From: the human T2T-CHM13v2.0 reference genome, Homo sapiens
DNA length: 64,000 nucleotides
Assembly (NCBI RefSeq): GCF_009914755.1
Contig: NC_060943.1
Strand: one strand, 5' to 3'
The notes beneath the pieces are model-generated. The model searched no databases, was not told where the DNA came from, and was given only the letters and a program-made list of their open reading frames with translations. Shown here piece by piece: positions 39,538 through 64,000 of the stretch. Both the position numbers and the translations under genes were made by a program. The stretch's first letter is position 1. Each line of letters begins with the position of its first letter.

Positions 39538-39954
39538 TAACTTTTTTATAGAGACAGGGTCTCCTTGTGTTGCCTAAGTTCATTGTCTTACTAGTGCATT
39601 CTTTAATATGTTTTGATATTTGACCTCTAAGAGAGCTGTATACATTCACATTAGCTGGAAACTCTAATTCTTTATTCCTTCAACTCTACTCTATGGATTT
39701 GGAAGCTCTAGCTATGGCAAACACTCCCTCGGTTTGTTAAAATGTGTGGTTGTGGTTGGAACCCACCTCCCTGATACTGGCACCACTGGCCTTATTCCTG
39801 CCTTTGTGGGCCACAGAGATCCAACCCCTCTTCCCACATACCAGGCCTCCAGCTCCTTCTCCTCTCTAGGAACCCAAAGTTTGAGTCTAGTCCTGGCTTC
39901 TTTATCCTTCCAGTCACCAATTAGAGCTCAGAAAGCAGGTCAAATAAGTTAGAA

Positions 39955-40411
39955 TTTTTTTTTTAAGTTCTGGGATACATGTGCAGAACGTGCAGGTTTG
40001 TTACACAGCTATATATGTGCTGTGGTGGTTTGCTGCACCTATCAATCCATCATCTAGGTTTTAAGCCCCACATGCATTACGTATTTGTCCTAATGCTCTT
40101 CCTCCCCTTGGCCCCCATTCCCTGACAGGCCCCAGTGTGTGATGTTCCCCTCCCTGTGTCCACGCGTTCTCATTGTTCAACTCCCACTTATGAGTGAGAA
40201 CATGCGGTGTTTGGTTTCTGTATGTTTACTGCATTACTATTTACAATAGCAAAGACTTGGAACCAACCCAAATGCCCACCAATGCTATCACTGGATTAAG
40301 AAAATGTGGCACATATATACCATGGACTACCATGCAGCCATAAAAAATTGAGTTCATGTCCTTTGCAGGGACATGCATGAAACTGGAAGCCATCACTCTC
40401 AGCAAACTAAC
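39955..40411 (-). mobile_element. 5'-truncated L1PA with inverted 5' segment, TSD ATAAGTTAGAA (39944-39954, 40412-40422)
   Basis: Antisense L1PA 3' end (39955-~40220) joined to a sense L1PA segment (~40221-40411). Confidence 0.88.
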
Positions 40412-40607
40412 ATAAGTTAGAAATTTTAATTTATTTTTGTTTGAGACAGAATCTTGCTCTGTCACCCAGGCCGAGTACAGTGATGAGATCATGGCTCACT
40501 GCAGCCTCCACCTTCTAAGCTCAAGCAATCTTTCCACCTCAGCCTCTTGAGTAGCTTGGACTACAGGCACGTGCCACTATGCCTGGCTAATTTTTTGTTT
40601 TTTGTAG

Positions 40608-40796
<189 letters not shown>

Positions 40797-41385
40797 TAGA
40801 GTGTAGTGGCGCAATCTTGGCTCACTGCAACCTCTGCCTCCGAGTTCAAGCAATTCTCCTGCCTCAGCCTCCCGAATAGCTGGGATTACATGCGTGCGCC
40901 ACCACGCCCGGCTAATCTTTGTATTTTTAGTGGAGATGGGGTTTCACCATATTGGTCAGGCTGGTCTTGAACTCCTGACCTCGCGATCTGCCTCCCTTGG
41001 GCTCCCAAAGTGCTGGGATTACAGGCGTGAGCCACCGTGCCCGGCCTTAGACATTTTTATATTTGGTTTGTGGCTGTGATCAAAGCCATTTGGGATGTCT
41101 GCCCAGCCCTACCCTCTTCATATGAGCACATCCAACCCTCAATTGCAGCCCTGCGCATAGGGTTCAGCTAAGCCACACCCAGATTCCTGACCCAAAGAAA
41201 CAGTGAGATAATAAATGTTTTAGGCCTCTATACTTTGGGGTAATTTGTTACGCAACCAGAGATAAGTAATATATTGTCAAAACCAGGTAGGCTTTAATTA
41301 GTCTTTCCAGATGTCTGTTTCTTTCTTTGTGCTGGCTGGAGGCCTTTGGCTTTTATAGATTTCTTTTTTTTTTTTTTTTTTTTGA

Positions 41386-41490
<105 letters not shown>

Positions 41491-41974
41491 TGAGTAGCTG
41501 GGATTACAGGTGCACGCCACCATGCCTGGCTAATTTTTGTATTTTTAGTAGAGATGGGGTTTCACCGTGTTGGTCAGGCTGATCTCAAACCCCTGACCTC
41601 ATGATCGGCCCACCTCAGCCTCCCGAAGTGCTGGGATTACAGGTGTGAGCCACCATGCCTGGCCAGAAATTTTTTTTTAAGAGATGGGGTCTTTCTTTGA
41701 TGCCCAGGCTGGAGTGGTGGGAGGATGACTTGAGCACAGGAGCCCAAGAGTAGCCTGGGCAACACAGGAAGACCTCGTTTCTACAAATTAAAAAAAAAAA
41801 AAAAAATTAGCTAGGCATGGTGCCTGTGGTCCCAACTACTCAAAAAGCTGAGGTGTGAGGACGGCTTGAACCTGGGAGTTCAAGGCTGCAGTGATTGCAC
41901 CACTGCACTTCAGCCTGGGTGACAGTGGAGACCCTGTCTCAAACCAAACCAAACAAAACAAAACAAAACAAAAG

Positions 41975-42790
<816 letters not shown>

Positions 42791-43469
42791 TTCCTTTCCC
42801 TGTATCAATTCCTTTGGCCCCACCAGAACTGGCCTGCATTTGGTATCTTTATAGAACAGCCTCTTTGTATCCCAGGCTGATGTTCAGGCTCCATCACTTG
42901 CCCTGTGCATTAAGTAGTAACAGTGAGACTCTACAAGCCAAGGCTTCTCATTCTCCCCTCTCTAGGAAGTCCTGCTCCCAAGATGACATTCTGTGCCTTT
43001 TCAGTCACTAACTCTTGGTTCAGGTACAAGACAAGGGCTCAAGCAAAATCCAGATGGACTGAGTGAGATTATTGGGGTGAAATGCAGTTCCCTCTCATTC
43101 CTGGGGATCAGCGAGCATGCCTCCCTACAGCACACCCCCCACCTGACTCATTCTGCCTCATCCAGGTCAGAGGTCCCTCCTTACAGGAGTTCTTACAGAA
43201 ACCAACTGAGGTCTGCTTACCCAGCACAGTAAAACCAGATACCCACACTAAGGTCTTTGCAGTGATAGAAAGAAAGGTGTTTATTGCAGGGCACCATGCA
43301 AGGAGAATCAGGGCAGCTCATGCTTAAGACCTGAAATCACCAATGGCTTGCAGGTGGGGGTTTTTTAAGGCAGGTGTAAATTTCAGTAAACCAGAAGCTA
43401 CAAGCAAAATCATAAATCAATGCATGGAGATTACACATTGGTTTCCACTTAAAAAGGCAGGATATCTTA

Positions 43470-44449
<980 letters not shown>

Positions 44450-44865
44450 TTAAGGAAGAGAAGCTTTGTTTAAAAATTTTGAGTCAGTAGAAACATGTCA
44501 ACTGGTTAGGGGAAGTAACTTTCTCCAAGCCCCTCAGGAGGAAACTTGGAACAAAAGGGACATAAAGTTTAGTCTTCACTTCCCCCTTATCTGGGGTTTC
44601 CAAGACTCTGAAAGACAATTCAGGGACATATGTTAAGATGTTATCTTTAATTTCTATAGGGAAACCAAACATCTCTGGGACTCTAACTTCCTTAGCTTTT
44701 GTTTTGGATCATTATGTCTTTTTTGTTTAACAAGTTACTTATTTACTTCTCAAGGCTAGCTAGGGGCCTGGAATTTCCCTTGAAGGAACTCAGAAATTTC
44801 CTTTGTTTCCATGCTTGGGGTCTCGTAAAAAAGGGGATCCCTGCTCTGTCTCAGGGTCTTACTGA

Positions 44866-45015
<150 letters not shown>

Positions 45016-45017
45016 TA

Positions 45018-45353
<336 letters not shown>

Positions 45354-45858
45354 TTAACCTCTCTGGGCCTGTCTCACCATCTGTAAAACAGAAATGATGA
45401 AAAGTATCTACCTTCTAGGGGCATTCTATGAGATTATGCATGTGTGAGTGAGCACCAAGCATTGCTCAGTGGTGCCTAGTGGGTAGTGAGCACTCAGTAT
45501 GCAGCACCATGACTATGTAAGAATTCATTTGTTAGTAGAGCCCGGCTTTAGAACAGAGATGGAACCTGGCACCGAATAATAAAGCATGGGGAGGCCGGGC
45601 GCAGTGGCTCATGCCTGTAATCCCAGCACTTTGGGAGGCCGAGGTGGGCAGATCACCTGAGGTCAGGAATTCAACACCAGCCTGGCCAACGTGGAGAAAC
45701 CCCGTCTCTACTAAAAATACTAGCTGGGTGTGGTGGCGCATGCCTGTAATCCCAGGGCTGAGGCAGGAGAATCGCTTGATCCCGGAAGGAAGGTGGAGGT
45801 TGCGGTGAGCCAAGATTGTGCCTTTGCTCTCCAGCCTGAGCAACAAGAGCAAAACTCC

Positions 45859-45917
<59 letters not shown>

Positions 45918-45982
45918 TAGATATATAGATATCTATAGATCTATAGATATCTATATATATATATATAGATATATATATATAT
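45859..45982. repeat. (ATAG)14 STR plus AT-rich palindromic tract replacing an Alu tail
   Basis: Read directly from the sequence. Confidence 0.95.
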
Positions 45983-46165
45983 CAGGAGGAATAGTAGTAA
46001 TATTGTCATCACTTCTCACCCTGTCTTTGATAAATTGCCAGTTGAAGTGTCTGCTTCATCACTGAGAAAAGAGTGTGTTCTTTCCTCTCTGAATCCCCAG
46101 GACCAGACATATAGCAGGTGTCCAATGAACAGCTCAGCTGTTGAATGAACAAATAGATTCTGTTA

Positions 46166-46471
<306 letters not shown>

Positions 46472-46844
46472 TCAAAAAAAAAAAAGTAAATTCAAAAGCC
46501 ATTCACCTGTGCAGAAGGCAGGGCCAGGCTAATCTGAAGGCTCTAAGAGAAGTATCCACCCACTTCTTCTGTAAAAGGCCAGATGGTAAATATTTTAGAT
46601 TCTTTGGGCTCTCTCTTCCTCTGTGGCAACCACTGAATTCAACCCTGTTGCAGACATAGACAATAGATAAATGAATGGGCCCGGCTGTTTGTAGGTAGGT
46701 GAAAAATGGCTTCCCTTCACCTTTATAGGTTCTTTGGCTGGGCTACGAATTAAATTGACATGTAAACAGACAGGGCAAAAGCCATATTTAATTATGTACC
46801 TATGCAGGGGAGTCCCACAAAATACAAGACTCCAAAAAGGATCA

Positions 46845-47198
<354 letters not shown>

Positions 47199-47703
47199 TT
47201 ATGGGAGGGTAAGGGGAGAAATTGTATGATGGAGAAAGTCTGTCTTGTTAAGCAAATAAAAAAGTCTTGCAGGTAATAAAAGTTGTCTCAGAGCAGCCCT
47301 CAGAAGGATACATGATTGGGAATGGTTTCACTCTTCCCTAGTTAATAAGATCGTAGGAAAGCATTCCTCTTTCTGTCTTTAGGCAGATAAGAGAAATTCA
47401 GAGAAAACCTCTCCTTCCCTGCATTTGCTGTTCCCCCAAGTGCCCTTATTTTGAAGCAATCAGCAGACAAAAGCGCATATCCCTGTGTTCCAATGAAATT
47501 TTATTTACGTACGCTGAAATTTGAATGTTTTATTTTCATAAGTCGTAAAATAGTTTTTCCCCCACCTAACTATTTAAAAATGCAAAAACAGAGCAGTGGT
47601 TCACGCCTGTAATCCCAGCACTTTGGGAGGCAGGAGGATTGCTTGGGCCCTGGAGTTCGAGACTAGCCGGGGCAACATAGTAAGACCTTGCCTGTGCAAA
47701 TAA

Positions 47704-48400
<697 letters not shown>

Positions 48401-49095
48401 CGGATCCATATTATGCCTGAAGGGTCCTGGGTTTTTGCATCGGGAAAATGGGACCAATAAGTCCCTATCTCACCAGATTTTATAAAAATGATTCTTGTAA
48501 AACCGTGAGCAGCAGAAATGACTAAACTGCCAAACGTTTAACTCGGCGTCAGGCGCTGCCCTGAATGCCTTAACCAGCCATTTTTACACATAAGGAAAAT
48601 GAGGCTTAGAGAGAGAAAACAATTTGCCCCAAGTCAAGCAGATAGGAAGCAGCAGGGTGGAGCTCCGAGCCCAAGCCGTAAGCCCAGGACAAACAGGGTC
48701 GGTAATTACTTTTGCACCAAGGACCGGAGATATCTACACGCCCACCCGATAGCCCCGTCTGCCATTTACTGGGGTAACAAAACCATCTTAAGACACACAC
48801 ACACCCTCGAGCTCCTGTAAACGGAGTATTTGCTCTTTGCAGGCTCTTCCCGTGGGTTAGTTGATTCACAGCATCCCCAGAAAGTCAGTCTTGTCGTCGT
48901 CATTCGCCCTTTACCGGTGACGAAATACAAGCCCAGGGAAGCGCAGTCACTGACCAAGGTCACCCAGCTGATGAGGAGTGGAGCTGGGATTCAAGCCCAG
49001 GGAGCCGTGTCCCCTAACGCCTCAAGGGGCACTTAGCTATTTTGTTGGCAAAAGTATTTTTAGGTTGGAAGGGACCTTGGAATAATCCAATCTAA

Positions 49096-49795
<700 letters not shown>

Positions 49796-49836
49796 TTCTA
49801 GAATACCCTTCACTGCTTCACAGAGTCTCTCTTTAG

Positions 49837-50037
<201 letters not shown>

Positions 50038-51478
50038 TAGTAGAGACGGGGTTTCACTGTGTTTGCCAGGATGGTCTCGATCTCCTGACCTCATGATCCA
50101 CCCGCCTCGGCCTCCCAAAGTGCTGGGATTACAGGCGTGAAGAACTTCCTTCTATATGACCTAAAAGCCTCCCTTCCAAACATGAGAGGGGGTCTCACCA
50201 CCCCTAGTTTGAGGAGCCCCTGCATTTCCCACCTGTGTCACCTGCACTGACTGTGACCCTTATGGAGCCTCATTCAGTTATCTCAGTTGTTTACCCAGTT
50301 GACATTTATCTGGGCCTGGCACTGTCCTAGGTGTTAGGGATATGGCACAGTGTGACCTGCCGGGGGAGACATAAACCGACACAGGGTGATATGATCAGAA
50401 TTCCAGGAAACAAGTGACTATGGATTGGATGGTTAGATGAGTTCATTGGTTTTTTTTGTTTGTTTGTTTGAGACGGAGTCTCACTTTGTAGCCTAGGCTG
50501 GGGTGCAGTGGCGCCATCTTGGCTTACTGCAACCTCCGCCTCCCAGTTTGAGCCATTCTCCTGCCTCAGTTTCCCGAGTAGCTGGGATTACAGGCATGCA
50601 CCATCACACTCGGCTAATTTTTGTATTTTTAGTAGAGATGGGGTTTCACCATGTTGGCCAGGCTGGTCTTGAACTCCTGACCTCAGGGGATCCACCTGCT
50701 TCAGCCTCCCAAACTGCTGGGATTACAGGTGTGAGCCACCGCACCTGGCCGGATGAGGTCTTTGATGGATATGATATGTAGGTCAAGACCTGTGACAGGG
50801 GGCTGGGTGCAGTGGCTTGTGCCTGTGATCCCAGCACTTTGGGAGGCCCTAGGTGTGTGGATCACCTCAGGCCAGGAGTTCCAGACTGGCCTGGTCAACA
50901 CAGTGAAACCCTGTCTCTACTAAAAATACAAAAAAATTAGCCAGGCTTGGTGGCGGGTACCTGTAATCCCAGCTACTCAGGAGACTGAGGCATGACATCA
51001 CTTAAACCCAGGAGGCAGAGATAGTGAGCCAAGATCATGCCACCCCACTCCAGCCTGGGTGATAGAGTGAGACTCCGTCTCAAAAAAAAAAAAAAAAAAA
51101 AAAAGCCTGTAACAAAGAGCTTGCAAACCTGAGGAACAGCAGGTGCAGGCCAGCTGCACTTGGCCTTTGAAGACAGCCAGGAAGCCAGTGTGGCTGGAAC
51201 AGAGTGAACGAGAGATAGAGGGGTAAGAGTTAGGCTTGGAGAGGCAGGCAGGGGCCCCACAGGCCGTGGGAAGGGGTTTGACTTGATTCTAAAAACCATA
51301 TGAATCATGGGAGGGGTTTAAGCAGGAGAGTGACACGTTTGTTCATATTAAAAGATCCCAGCTGGGCATGGTGGCTCACACCTGTAATGCCAGCACTTTG
51401 GGAGGTTGGGGCGGGTGGATCATGAGGTAAAGAGATCAAGACCATCCTGGGCAACATGGTGAAACCCTGTCTCTATTA

Positions 51479-51823
<345 letters not shown>

Positions 51824-51831
51824 CTAAACAG

Positions 51832-52032
51832 ACACGCCGCTTTTTGGATGCCTCCTATGCCTGGCGGGAGTCTTGTCTGAGCTGGCACCACCACACGGCC
51901 CACGACATCTTCGCAGGGAAGCCTGTGGACCCTCTGCCAGGCTCCACAAGAGGTCAGGACAGTGCAGTGTGTTCACAAGGCCAGTTTCTGATCGTCCGCC
52001 CCGAGGCTGAGGACCAGTAGGCAGCTCCCAAG

Positions 52033-52035
<3 letters not shown>
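51832..52035 (+). CDS. YJU2B: YJU2B exon 2 (5'UTR plus ATG at 52033-52035)
   Basis: Acceptor ctctctctttctaaacAG at 51831 and donor ATG|GTGAGT. Confidence 0.88.
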
Positions 52036-63293
<11,258 letters not shown>

Positions 63294-63495
63294 GCGATCC
63301 CCATCCTGGAGACTGGACCCGCTCTAGAGGCCCGGACACACCCAGGAGGCCCCTCACAGACTGCAGACCCCCGGCTCGCCCACCAGCCCTGGGAGAGCTC
63401 AGATGCCGCATCCTCCCCAGACCGCGCCTTCCTGCAACCGTGGAGTTATTTATTTGGTCCTGGTGAGGGTGTTTGTGCCTTGTGAGACTCCGTAC

Positions 63496-63501
63496 ATTAA
63501 A
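63496..63501 (+). terminator. YJU2B: YJU2B polyadenylation signal ATTAAA
   Basis: ATTAAA ~200 nt after the stop codon, followed by a pyrimidine/GT-rich downstream element (tgtcttgggttgtt). Confidence 0.8.
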
Positions 63502-64000
63502 GACCTGTCTCTTCTTCCCTGTCTTGGGTTGTTAGATGGACCCTGGGGCTGCCCCCCCACCCCCCCACCTTGACCAAGCTTGGTAGGCCTCTCATCAGCA
63601 AATGCTGGTATAGGGTCATAGCTGTGACCACAGACATGGTCCCCTTCCAGAGTAACAAGAGTCTCAAGGTGGTGGTCCCGGTTGGCCAGGAATCAGGACA
63701 GACTTCCTGGAGGAGGAGGCATGGGCCAAGTGTGAAGGGTGAAAAGGGGGCCAGGAACCACACACACAAGGCCAGGGACAAGGCACACGGGGTACCCAGG
63801 ATGTGTGCCAGATGCAGCAGGGGCTGGAGCACACAGGTGTGAGCTTTTTATTATACCCAGCCCAGGGGTGGCCCATGGAAAAGCCCCCCGTGCATGTTAC
63901 TTTTGGGGTTTTTTTGTTTTGTTTTTGAGACCGAGTCTTGCTCTGTCACCCAGGCTGGAGTGCAGTGGCGCGATCTCGGCTCACTGCAACCTCTGCCTCC

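Overview
Human genomic DNA, extremely Alu-dense. The human-specific SVA_F1 and AluYa5 elements identify the species, and the gene content fits chr19p13. The only protein-coding gene is YJU2B (CCDC130), a Yju2/CWC16-family splicing factor on the + strand. Its CpG-island promoter and non-coding exon 1 lie at ~47.9-48.2 kb. Nine coding exons from 52033 to 63293 splice into an intact 1191-nt, 396-aa CDS, followed by an ATTAAA poly(A) signal at 63496. A second CpG-rich promoter-like region lies at ~31.8-32.1 kb. The first ~47 kb is otherwise a mosaic of Alu, L1, L2/MIR, MaLR/ERV LTRs and DNA-transposon relics. Three items stand out. (1) An SVA_F1 carrying the trapped MAST2 exon 1 has a 14-bp target-site duplication showing that ~515 bp of extra 5'-transduced sequence moved with it (insertion 2141-4793). 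(2) An L2-derived cryptic exon in YJU2B intron 8 could act as a PTC-bearing poison cassette, or could start an 82-aa alternative-frame microprotein with a signal-peptide-like N-terminus. (3) Several retrotransposition or recombination fossils can be read directly: a twin-primed L1, a chimeric Alu triplet, and a tail-less Alu flanked by a ~110-bp duplication. Nearly all other ORFs in the supplied track are Alu or SVA translation artefacts. Repeat subfamily names are from recognition by eye and need RepeatMasker confirmation. I see no evidence of a wholly new biological system.
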